In this document: in pieces, positions 40,421-48,001 of the stretch
Numbering within the stretch: position 1 is the stretch's first letter
How the letters are laid out: each line of letters starts with the position of its first letter
NCBI GenBank assembly: GCA_963678785.1
Contig: OY787449.1
Span: 2,783,835 to 2,847,834, forward strand
Length of the DNA: 64,000 bases
From: Bacteroidales bacterium
GTDB taxonomy: Bacteria; Bacteroidota; Bacteroidia; Bacteroidales; GCA-2711565
Direction of reading: 5' to 3'
Made by a program: the position numbers and the translations under genes
Notes under the pieces: model-generated
Seen by the model: only the letters and a program-made list of their open reading frames with translations
Databases searched by the model: none
What the model was told of the DNA's origin: nothing

Positions 40421-41737
40421 TTAGTTGATATTTAGTATTTCACAGCCAAACTCGCAATCCAAACATCTTTTAAAATCACAATATTGTGTTTTTAATTCAA
40501 GCAAGGCCTGAGTATGAAGTGCGTCATTTGTTGGGAGATATAGACCTTTCCATTTTTTAGTGATGGCATTGTTTTCTTCTTTGATTTTTTCCAAAAATTC
40601 GAGAGCCCTTTCTTTATAGAAATCTTTTGCAGTTAGATGTCCATAAATAAACAAAATGGGAATAATGCAGTTAATGATGATTGATTCAGAAGTTTTACTA
40701 CCTAATTTTTTAATTCGCTTACTTGATGTTTTATTAAAATGGTAGTGGGTGTCCCAATAGGTCGATGCTTTGATTTTGAATAAATCTAATAGCTGATCAA
40801 TATTTTTAGCTTCAAGAATTTTGGAAAGAATGTTTGTGTGTTTGTTCAGAAGCACCGCCAATTGAGCAATTCTAATGTCGGGAAAATTTGAAGGTCGCAA
40901 TCTTAAATATTGCCATAAATGTGAGGAGATGGATTTAAGTTCATGTTTATGTTTTAAAAATTCGTATTCAGTTTTTAATTGGGTGAAATATTCGTCCTTC
41001 GAATTGATGTTCAGCATTCCAGCCTGACCAAAAAGCAAAGCTTCTGTTTTATTCAGCTTTGTTTTGGTCTTTAAAAGGATGCTTAAAGGTATTGATTTTG
41101 AGAGTAGCTCAAAAGAAGTGCGATTGGTTTTAAATCCAAAACTCTTGAATAGCTCGATGTAAAAAAGTTGTTCGAAATCAGATTTCGAATTGCTCAATTC
41201 TTTTGTTAATGAGCTAAATTTACGCTCAAGACGTTCGATGGCAAGCCTTTGTAAAAAATGTGATTTGGTGTAATCACTGATTTGATGAATGGATTTTTCG
41301 CAGGCAATCCAGCCTTGATTTTGAATAAACCCCTGGTATTTTGAAAATCTCTTTAAGCTAAATTTATTTTTAATTTCAAAGGTAGCTACAGGTTGAAAAT
41401 TCTCGTATTCATTACCCAAATCATCCTCAATCACTACATGAAGAATAACGTTTTCGTATTTACGATCTTGGTGATGTCGATGTTTGATCCAATCAGATGA
41501 TTTGGTATGGATTTCAATATGACCAGCCCACATTGTTGTGCCAATTTTTATCAGTCCATTCGAAAAATCCGGGCCTCCATCTGTATTTCTGATCCCCGGA
41601 CTTTTGACCATAATGGTTTTTTTATCTGTACTGATTAGTGGTAAATCAAGTAATTGAAATTTCCACAAATAACAAATAAATTCCTCAGAAATGTTTTGAT
41701 GTTTCACGCCTAAAAATTTATTTTTATGATGAATCAC
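40421..41737 (-). CDS. DUF2851 family protein
   Basis: 438 aa with N-terminus SEEFICYLWKFQLL and C-terminal CLDCEFGC. Family name is from memory. Confidence 0.65.
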   Translation of the reverse strand: MIHHKNKFLGVKHQNISEEFICYLWKFQLLDLPLISTDKKTIMVKSPGIRNTDGGPDFSNGLIKIGTTMWAGHIEIHTKSSDWIKHRHHQDRKYENVILHVVIEDDLGNEYENFQPVATFEIKNKFSLKRFSKYQGFIQNQGWIACEKSIHQISDYTKSHFLQRLAIERLERKFSSLTKELSNSKSDFEQLFYIELFKSFGFKTNRTSFELLSKSIPLSILLKTKTKLNKTEALLFGQAGMLNINSKDEYFTQLKTEYEFLKHKHELKSISSHLWQYLRLRPSNFPDIRIAQLAVLLNKHTNILSKILEAKNIDQLLDLFKIKASTYWDTHYHFNKTSSKRIKKLGSKTSESIIINCIIPILFIYGHLTAKDFYKERALEFLEKIKEENNAITKKWKGLYLPTNDALHTQALLELKTQYCDFKRCLDCEFGCEILNIN

Positions 41738-41872
41738 TGTTTTCGCTTATTAATACCTGAGCATGATAAATGTCATCTTTAAAGGATTTAAAAGGGATCA
41801 TATATTTTGAATTACTTTAGATGGATGTATTTAATAATCAGATAAACAGGTGAGTACAATGGTATGCATTCA

Positions 41873-41904
41873 TTTGGATTAAATGGCATTAATTAGTACT
41901 TTTG
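41873..41904 (+). promoter_or_regulatory. candidate promoter of the coiled-coil/zapA string (-33 TTTG, 20-nt spacer, -7 TACTTTTG)
   Basis: TTTG at 41873..41876 and TACTTTTG at 41897..41904. Both elements sit at consensus spacing for Bacteroidota sigma-A promoters. Confidence 0.55.
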
Positions 41905-41933
41905 TTCACGATAAATCATGATTGAGAGTTTTA

Positions 41934-42221
41934 ATGGGTGATTTAAATACTTTATTACTGGGTGTTGAGTACAAGCTGAAGAAGTTGTTGGAACAGCACG
42001 AGAGGTGCGAACAATACAACCAGATATTAAAGTCTGAAAATGAAGAGCTTAAAAAAGAAGTTTTAAATAAGAATCAAACAATAGATAAACTTAAAGACGA
42101 ATTACAAAAAGTAAAATTAGCCAAGTCAATTGACTCAGAAGTAGGATCAAGTGATGCTAAATTGAAAATAAATGAACTGGTGCGGGAAATAGATAAATGC
42201 ATTGGGCTTTTAAATCAATAA
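41934..42221 (+). CDS. small coiled-coil protein (ZapB-like position upstream of zapA)
   Basis: Start moved to the ATG at 41934 (MGDLNTLLLGVEYKLKKLLEQ...). Heptad-rich sequence. Confidence 0.6.
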   Translation: MGDLNTLLLGVEYKLKKLLEQHERCEQYNQILKSENEELKKEVLNKNQTIDKLKDELQKVKLAKSIDSEVGSSDAKLKINELVREIDKCIGLLNQ

Positions 42222-42245
42222 AATTAGGTTGAGTAAACCTGCAAA

Positions 42246-42533
42246 ATGGACGAACTAACAATTTCAGTTACAATTGCTGACAGACCATATAGATTAAACA
42301 TCAGAAAAGAAGAGGAAGAGGGTATACGGAAAGCAGCGAAAACAATTAACGAGAAAATAAAACAATATTCAGATAATTATGCCTTTAACGATAGGCAGGA
42401 TCTTCTGGCTATGGTTTCTCTGGAATTTGCAAATAGTTCTCTTTTATCTGAAGGGAAATTAAAAAATACTGAAGATCATTTTGTGGAAAGATTAAGTCAG
42501 ATAGACGAAATTTTATCCAATAGTATAGACTAG
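42246..42533 (+). CDS. zapA: cell division protein ZapA
   Basis: 95 aa. ISVTIADRPYRLNI...EEGIRKAAKTINEKI is typical of ZapA. Confidence 0.85.
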   Translation: MDELTISVTIADRPYRLNIRKEEEEGIRKAAKTINEKIKQYSDNYAFNDRQDLLAMVSLEFANSSLLSEGKLKNTEDHFVERLSQIDEILSNSID

Positions 42534-42570
42534 AAGTCAAAACCGTTCTTTGAAAAAATATTTTAATACA

Positions 42571-42766
42571 ACCCGCATTAATTCTGAAATGTTTGTAAAC
42601 TCAACATTATAATCATTAGAGTTTAAGCTCATAAATTCGTAGGACAGGCCTCGATCCCGACTTGTAGGGATTCTCATACCGAGACAGTGGACGTTCGAAA
42701 AATTTGGCGACTCTATACGTATCGTATAGGGGTTTACTAAACTCCCAGGATAATGCGGGTTTTTTT
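42571..42766 (+). ncRNA. ssrS: candidate 6S RNA (SsrS-like), ~190 nt, ends approximate
   Basis: The 5' and 3' ends form a long interrupted helix. ACCCGCATTA (42571..42580) pairs with TAATGCGGGT (42751..42760). TTCTG pairs with CAGGA, GTTT with AAAC, and GTAAAC (42595..42600) with GTTTAC (42732..42737). A central asymmetric bubble carries a 3'-side hairpin CTATACG-TAT-CGTATAG (42713..42729). There is an apical hairpin ATCCC-N8-GGGAT (42654..42671). A T6 run follows at 42761..42766. No ORF is present. Position next to zapA matches E. coli zapA-ssrS. Confidence 0.5.
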
Positions 42767-42815
42767 ATTTTCAATAAAGTTCTGATCGATTGAATTTATT
42801 AATTAACATCGAATT

Positions 42816-44360
42816 ATGGACCCAATAATAACATTTGTTGTAGTAGCTGCTGCATCGCTTATTGTGGGTGGATTGATTACCAATATTTACATCAACAAAT
42901 CCGCCAACAGAAAGAGTGCTCTGATACTACGAGAGGCCAAAGAAAAGGCCGAAGTAATAAAAAAGGATAAAATGTTGCAGGCCAAAGAAAAATTCCTGCA
43001 ATTGCGTACCGAACACGAATCCTACATCAATAAACGAAATGCTGCCAACCAACAGACAGAACATCGTTTAAAGCAAAAGGAATCTTCACTTAATCAAAAA
43101 AACGAAGAAGCCCAGCGCAAACTAAAAGAAACGGATAAGATAAAAGTTAATCTCTCAAATCAGTTGGATTTGGTGAGTAAAAAACAACAGGAATTAGAAA
43201 AATCATATGTTGAGCACATTTCTCAACTTGAAAAAATTTCCGGACTTTCGGCAGATGAAGCTAAAGAGCAACTTGTAGAAACGCTTAAAGAGGAAGCTAA
43301 ATCAGATGCTGCCATTCAGGTAAAAGACATTATTGAGGAAGCTAAATTAACAGCCAACACAGAAGCCAAAAAAGTGGTGATTGAAACCATACAAAGGACG
43401 GCTGCCGAAAATGCAATTGAGAACACCGTTTCAGTTTTTAACATTGAAAGTGATGAAGTTAAAGGCCGGATTATCGGAAGAGAAGGCCGGAACATTAGAG
43501 CCCTTGAAGCTTTAACTGGAATTGAGATCATCATTGATGATTCTCCCGATGCCATTATTCTTTCAGGCTTTGATCCTGTTCGAAGAGAGATTGCCAGGTT
43601 GTCTTTGCATAAACTGGTAACCGATGGTAGAATTCATCCTGCTCGAATTGAAGAAGTGGTTGCAAAAACCAAAAAGCAGATTGAACAGGAAATTATGGAT
43701 ATTGGTAAACGTACCACCATCGATTTAGGTATTCATAATATGCATCATGAGTTGGTTCGAATGGTGGGTCGTATGAAATATCGATCTTCCTATGGTCAGA
43801 ATCTATTGCATCATTCACGAGAGGTCGCGAATCTTAGTGCTACCATGGCGGCTGAGTTAGGTCTTAATCCGAAATTGGCTAAGCGAGCAGGTTTATTACA
43901 CGATATTGGTAAAGTACCAGACAATGAGCCAGAACTACCTCATGCAATTTTAGGAATGAAGCTGGCTCAAAAATTCAAAGAGAAACCAGAAATTTGCAAT
44001 GCCATTGGAGCACACCACGATGAGGTTGAAATGGATTCATTGATTGCGCCAATCGTTCAGGTTTGTGATGCCATTTCCGGTGCACGTCCTGGCGCAAGGC
44101 GAGAAGTTGTTGAAGCTTATATTCAGCGCTTAAACCGACTGGAAGAATTGGCTCTTACCTATCCTGGCGTTGTTAAAACTTATGCCATTCAGGCAGGTAG
44201 AGAATTAAGGGTTATTGTTGGAGCGGAAAAGGTTTCAGATGTTGAAGCTGATCAAATTTCTATTGATTTATCCAGGAAAATTCAGGATGAAATGACCTAT
44301 CCGGGACAAATAAAAATTACGGTAATTCGCGAAACGCGTGCCGTTAATTATGCGAAGTAA
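42816..44360 (+). CDS. rny: ribonuclease Y
   Basis: 514 aa with an N-terminal TM helix, coiled coil, KH domain ([11 protein letters not shown]) and HD domain (LLHDIGK, GAHHDE). Confidence 0.95.
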   Translation: MDPIITFVVVAAASLIVGGLITNIYINKSANRKSALILREAKEKAEVIKKDKMLQAKEKFLQLRTEHESYINKRNAANQQTEHRLKQKESSLNQKNEEAQRKLKETDKIKVNLSNQLDLVSKKQQELEKSYVEHISQLEKISGLSADEAKEQLVETLKEEAKSDAAIQVKDIIEEAKLTANTEAKKVVIETIQRTAAENAIENTVSVFNIESDEVKGRIIGREGRNIRALEALTGIEIIIDDSPDAIILSGFDPVRREIARLSLHKLVTDGRIHPARIEEVVAKTKKQIEQEIMDIGKRTTIDLGIHNMHHELVRMVGRMKYRSSYGQNLLHHSREVANLSATMAAELGLNPKLAKRAGLLHDIGKVPDNEPELPHAILGMKLAQKFKEKPEICNAIGAHHDEVEMDSLIAPIVQVCDAISGARPGARREVVEAYIQRLNRLEELALTYPGVVKTYAIQAGRELRVIVGAEKVSDVEADQISIDLSRKIQDEMTYPGQIKITVIRETRAVNYAK

Positions 44361-44381
44361 TTAAAAAAACATATGACAAAG

Positions 44382-44408
44382 AAAAGGGGGCTTTATGCCC
44401 CTTTTTTT
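44382..44408 (+). terminator. rho-independent terminator after rny
   Basis: AAAAGGGGGC-TTTAT-GCCCCTTTTT stem-loop followed by a T-run. Confidence 0.8.
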
Positions 44409-44463
44409 ATTCGTGAAATTAAATTTTATAAACGTAAGTGCAATAAAATTTCTATTTGAACGA

Positions 44464-44489
44464 ATCCCGATAGCGCAGCGTATCGGGAT
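44464..44489. other. perfect 9-bp hairpin ATCCCGATA-GCGCAGCG-TATCGGGAT in an AT-rich spacer
   Basis: Read directly. No flanking T-run on either strand. Confidence 0.5.
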
Positions 44490-44571
44490 AAATGAAACTA
44501 ATACTTTGTACTTGTGGTGAATAAGTTAATAATATTCCAATAGATATCCCGTTGCTCTGTGGCGGAGAGTT

Positions 44572-45147
44572 TTATTTCCTTCTTTTTCGTTTGGCTGGTG
44601 CAAACAGCATTTTATATGATGCTTTTACATCTCCTTTCATGATGTCGTTTAATTTGTTTTTAAGCAGCATTCGTTTCAAATTACTGGTTCGGTCAACAAA
44701 TAAAATTCCTTCCAAATGATCGTATTCATGCTGAATAATCCGTGCCAACATTCCATCAAAAGTTTCAGTATGTTCATTGAAATCTTCGTCCTGATATTTG
44801 ATTGTTAATTGGGGCTTTCGCATCACATATTCAGCAATTCCAGGTAAGCTCAAACAAGCTTCATTAAATTCCCATTCTTCACCTTCTTCTTCAATGATTT
44901 GAGGGTTGATAAAGACTCTCTTGAAACCTTCAGCTTCCGGATAATCTGTTTTATAAGGGTCGGCATCAATCACAAATAAACGAATTGATAAATTAACCTG
45001 CGGGGCCGCCAATCCTACGCCAACCGATTCATACATGGTTTCATACATGTTCTCGATGATTAACTTTAGGTCGGGATAATCTTTGTCTATTTCCTGGGCC
45101 ACTTTTTTTAATACAGGGTGACCATAGGCTGTTACTGGGTAAATCAT
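44572..45147 (-). CDS. def: peptide deformylase
   Basis: 191 aa with GVGLAAPQV, EACLSLPG and QHEYDHLEG motifs. Confidence 0.95.
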   Translation of the reverse strand: MIYPVTAYGHPVLKKVAQEIDKDYPDLKLIIENMYETMYESVGVGLAAPQVNLSIRLFVIDADPYKTDYPEAEGFKRVFINPQIIEEEGEEWEFNEACLSLPGIAEYVMRKPQLTIKYQDEDFNEHTETFDGMLARIIQHEYDHLEGILFVDRTSNLKRMLLKNKLNDIMKGDVKASYKMLFAPAKRKRRK

Positions 45148-45159
45148 AATTTTATTTTA

Positions 45160-45570
45160 TTAAATCGAGTTCATATAAGATTGAAGGATGATGGTTGCAC
45201 TAATGCTGTCGAGCAAGGCCTTATTTTGTCGGTCTTTCTTCTTTAAACCTGATTCTAATATGGTTTGCTGTGCCATCTTCGACGTGAATCGTTCGTCATG
45301 TCGCTCAATCTTTATATGGGGAAATTCATTTTTAAGTCTTTTTACAAAAGGCTCAATAAATTTTGCTGCTTCCGAAGGCTCATTGTTCATTTGTTTGGGC
45401 TCTCCTACAACAATGCAATCTACATTTTCATGCTTAATATAATTGCGTAAGTAGTCAATAGTATCATGTGCTCTAACTGTTGTAAGTGCATTGGCTATGA
45501 TTTGCATTTCATCTGTAACTGCCAATCCAACTCTTTTACGGCCATAATCTATTGCTAAAATTCTTCCCAC
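45160..45570 (-). CDS. ruvX: Holliday junction resolvase-like protein RuvX (YqgF)
   Basis: 136 aa with ILAIDYGRKRVGLAVTD and DERFTS motifs. Confidence 0.9.
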   Translation of the reverse strand: MGRILAIDYGRKRVGLAVTDEMQIIANALTTVRAHDTIDYLRNYIKHENVDCIVVGEPKQMNNEPSEAAKFIEPFVKRLKNEFPHIKIERHDERFTSKMAQQTILESGLKKKDRQNKALLDSISATIILQSYMNSI

Positions 45571-45667
45571 TTTCTGTTTTTTGTTGATAAATGTTTGTTT
45601 AATCGTGGCACAAAATTACAAAGAACTATTTATACTGTTCAATTTTTATATAATTTTGATTTTTAAA

Positions 45668-46516
45668 ATGAGTAAAATGTACAAAGAATTAAGAGAAAAG
45701 GTTGAAAAAGCCTGGGATGACAAAGCTCTTCTTCAAGAAGAGCAGACTATAAAAGCAATTCGTGAAGTTGTTGAATTGATGGATAAAGGTAAGTTGCGAA
45801 TTGCTGAACCAGTGTTGTCAAAAGATGGAGATTCAATCGAGAAATGGAATTTGAATGAATGGGTTAAGAAGGCGGTAATTTCATATTTCCCTATCCAGGG
45901 GATGAAAAAAATAGAGTTAGCTCCTTTTGAATTTCATGATAAAATTGAACTTAAAAAAGATTATGATAAATTAGGCGTTAGAGTGGTTCCTCATGCGGTT
46001 GCCCGATATGGAGCCTATCTGGCAAAAGGTGTAATTATGATGCCTTCATACGTCAATATTGGAGCTTATGTTGAATCAGGAACCATGGTCGATACCTGGG
46101 CTACTGTAGGTTCATGTGCGCAGATAGGTAAAGATGTTCACCTCAGTGGAGGTGTTGGAATTGGAGGTGTATTAGAGCCTGTTCAAGCAGCACCAGTGAT
46201 TATTGAAGATGGATGTTTTATTGGCTCCAGATGCATTATTGTAGAAGGTGCTATGATTAAGAAACAAGCAGTGTTGGGAGCAAATGTGGTTATTACTAAT
46301 TCAACAAAAATTATTGACATCACAGGCCATGAACCTGTTGAAATGAGAGGTGTTGTTCCTGAACGATCCGTAGTTATCCCAGGATCTTATACCAAAAAAT
46401 TTCCCGCAGGAGAATATCAGGTTCCATGTGCTTTAATCATCGGAAAAAGAAAAGAATCAACAAACTTAAAAACTTCATTAAACGATGCACTTCGTGAACA
46501 TGACGTTGCAGTTTAG
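45668..46516 (+). CDS. dapD: 2,3,4,5-tetrahydropyridine-2,6-dicarboxylate N-succinyltransferase
   Basis: Start moved to the ATG at 45668 (MSKMYKELREKVEKAW...). The ORF-track TTG at 45581 would add 29 hydrophobic residues. Hexapeptide repeats are present (GAYVESGTMVDTWATVGSCAQIGKDVHLSGGVGIGG). Confidence 0.9.
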   Translation: MSKMYKELREKVEKAWDDKALLQEEQTIKAIREVVELMDKGKLRIAEPVLSKDGDSIEKWNLNEWVKKAVISYFPIQGMKKIELAPFEFHDKIELKKDYDKLGVRVVPHAVARYGAYLAKGVIMMPSYVNIGAYVESGTMVDTWATVGSCAQIGKDVHLSGGVGIGGVLEPVQAAPVIIEDGCFIGSRCIIVEGAMIKKQAVLGANVVITNSTKIIDITGHEPVEMRGVVPERSVVIPGSYTKKFPAGEYQVPCALIIGKRKESTNLKTSLNDALREHDVAV

Positions 46517-46537
46517 TGAAGCAAAGGAGATTGCTTT

Positions 46538-47107
46538 ATGAAAATGAATGATATTGTAAAAGAAACAGTTAAGCAATTAAAAGCGGGTAAAATTATTTTG
46601 TATCCAACCGATACTGTTTGGGGTATTGGTTGTGATGCCACAAACGCAAAAGCAGTTCAAAAAATCTTCAAGCTGAAAAAGAGAGAAGAGAGTAAAACAA
46701 TGATTGTACTTATAGATTCTGTTGATTATTTACATCATTATATGGAAGTGGTTCCGGATATTGCTATAGACTTAATTAATAGTGTTGATACCCCTTTAAC
46801 TATCGTATTTCCAAATGCTAAAAATCTGGCAAAAAATGTCATATCTGATGATAAAACCATTGCCATTCGCGTAGTTAATTATGATTTTTGTCAGCAGGTT
46901 ATTAAAAAGCTTGGAAGTCCGATCATCTCAACATCAGCAAATATTTCTGGTTTGACAGCCCCTGTGCATTTTGGTAAAATCTCTGATGAAATAAAAAATG
47001 GAGTGGATTATATTGTCGACTTAGAACAGGATTCTGTTAAAGAAGTTAAGCAGTCAACCATCATCAAGCTTGAGGTAGATGGTGAATTTAAAGTACTTAG
47101 AAGTTAA
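46538..47107 (+). CDS. tsaC: L-threonylcarbamoyladenylate synthase (YrdC/TsaC family)
   Basis: 189 aa with YPTDTVWGIGCDA and STSANISG motifs. AAGGAG lies 8 nt upstream of the ATG. Confidence 0.85.
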   Translation: MKMNDIVKETVKQLKAGKIILYPTDTVWGIGCDATNAKAVQKIFKLKKREESKTMIVLIDSVDYLHHYMEVVPDIAIDLINSVDTPLTIVFPNAKNLAKNVISDDKTIAIRVVNYDFCQQVIKKLGSPIISTSANISGLTAPVHFGKISDEIKNGVDYIVDLEQDSVKEVKQSTIIKLEVDGEFKVLRS

Positions 47108-47113
47108 AAGCCT

Positions 47114-47902
47114 ATGAACGCCATTGGATATTTGCAGTTTCAGCCAACTCTTGGAAACATTGATAAGAACATCAAAAAGATAGACGATCTGCTTCCATTA
47201 GCAGAGAAAGCAGATTTAATTGTTTTACCTGAATTGGCCAATTCAGGCTATAATTTCAGTAATAGAGATGATGCTTTCAAATGTTCTGAAGAAATAGGTA
47301 AAAGTAGATTTATTGAGTTTTTGGAAAGTTATGCATCCAAGCAGAATCAATACATTGTTGCAGGACTGAACGAAAGGGTGGGGGATGATTTATATAATAC
47401 TTCGGTAATCGTTGGACCCAAAGGATATATGGGTAAATACCAAAAGATTCATCTGTTTTTGAATGAAAAAGATATTTTTAAATCAGGAGAAGCTGGATTA
47501 CCGATATTCGATCTAGGTTTTGGAAAAGTCTCTATGCTGATTTGTTTCGATTATATTTTTCCTGAAATTTGGCGCATTGTTGCAATGAAAGGTGCAGATA
47601 TCGTCTGTCATCCTTCAAACTTGATTACTACCAATGCAGAAAAATGCATTCCTGCTCAGGCATTTATGAATAAGATTTTTATCCTTACCTCAAATCGATA
47701 TGGAACGGAAGGAGACATTACCTTCTCCGGTAAGTCTTTTATCACCAATCCCAATGCTGAAATTATCGACAGAGCCCATGCAGTTAAAGATGCCATAAGC
47801 ATTGTGGATGTTGATCTTGCTGAGGCCAGAAATAAATTCGTTACCCCCCGAAATCATGTTTTTGAAGATCGAATTCCTCTCAATTACAAGGATTTAATCT
47901 AG
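47114..47902 (+). CDS. carbon-nitrogen hydrolase (nitrilase superfamily) protein
   Basis: 262 aa with Glu-Lys-Cys triad context: LPELANSGY, YQKIHLF and MLICFDYIFPE. Confidence 0.8.
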   Translation: MNAIGYLQFQPTLGNIDKNIKKIDDLLPLAEKADLIVLPELANSGYNFSNRDDAFKCSEEIGKSRFIEFLESYASKQNQYIVAGLNERVGDDLYNTSVIVGPKGYMGKYQKIHLFLNEKDIFKSGEAGLPIFDLGFGKVSMLICFDYIFPEIWRIVAMKGADIVCHPSNLITTNAEKCIPAQAFMNKIFILTSNRYGTEGDITFSGKSFITNPNAEIIDRAHAVKDAISIVDVDLAEARNKFVTPRNHVFEDRIPLNYKDLI

Positions 47903-47946
47903 ATGGATTATATTATTTGGAATTGATATAAATAAATATTTTTTTG

Positions 47947-47954
47947 TACCTTTG
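47947..47954 (+). promoter_or_regulatory. -7 promoter box TACCTTTG upstream of the fused E1 gene
   Basis: Matches TAnnTTTG, 47 nt before the ATG at 48002. No well-spaced -33 element. Confidence 0.35.
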
Positions 47955-48001
47955 TGACGTTAATTCTTAACTATTAATGAGTTATTACGTTTAAAATTAG
48001 T

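Noticed and set aside
45581-45667. ORF-track TTG start giving DapD a 29-aa hydrophobic N-terminal extension
   Set aside because: The extension (MLINVCLIVAQNYKELFILFNFYIILIFK) reads like a translated AT-rich promoter. The ATG at 45668 gives the normal DapD N-terminus and length. Similar upstream alternative starts were rejected at 25349, 25136, 40308 and 41922.
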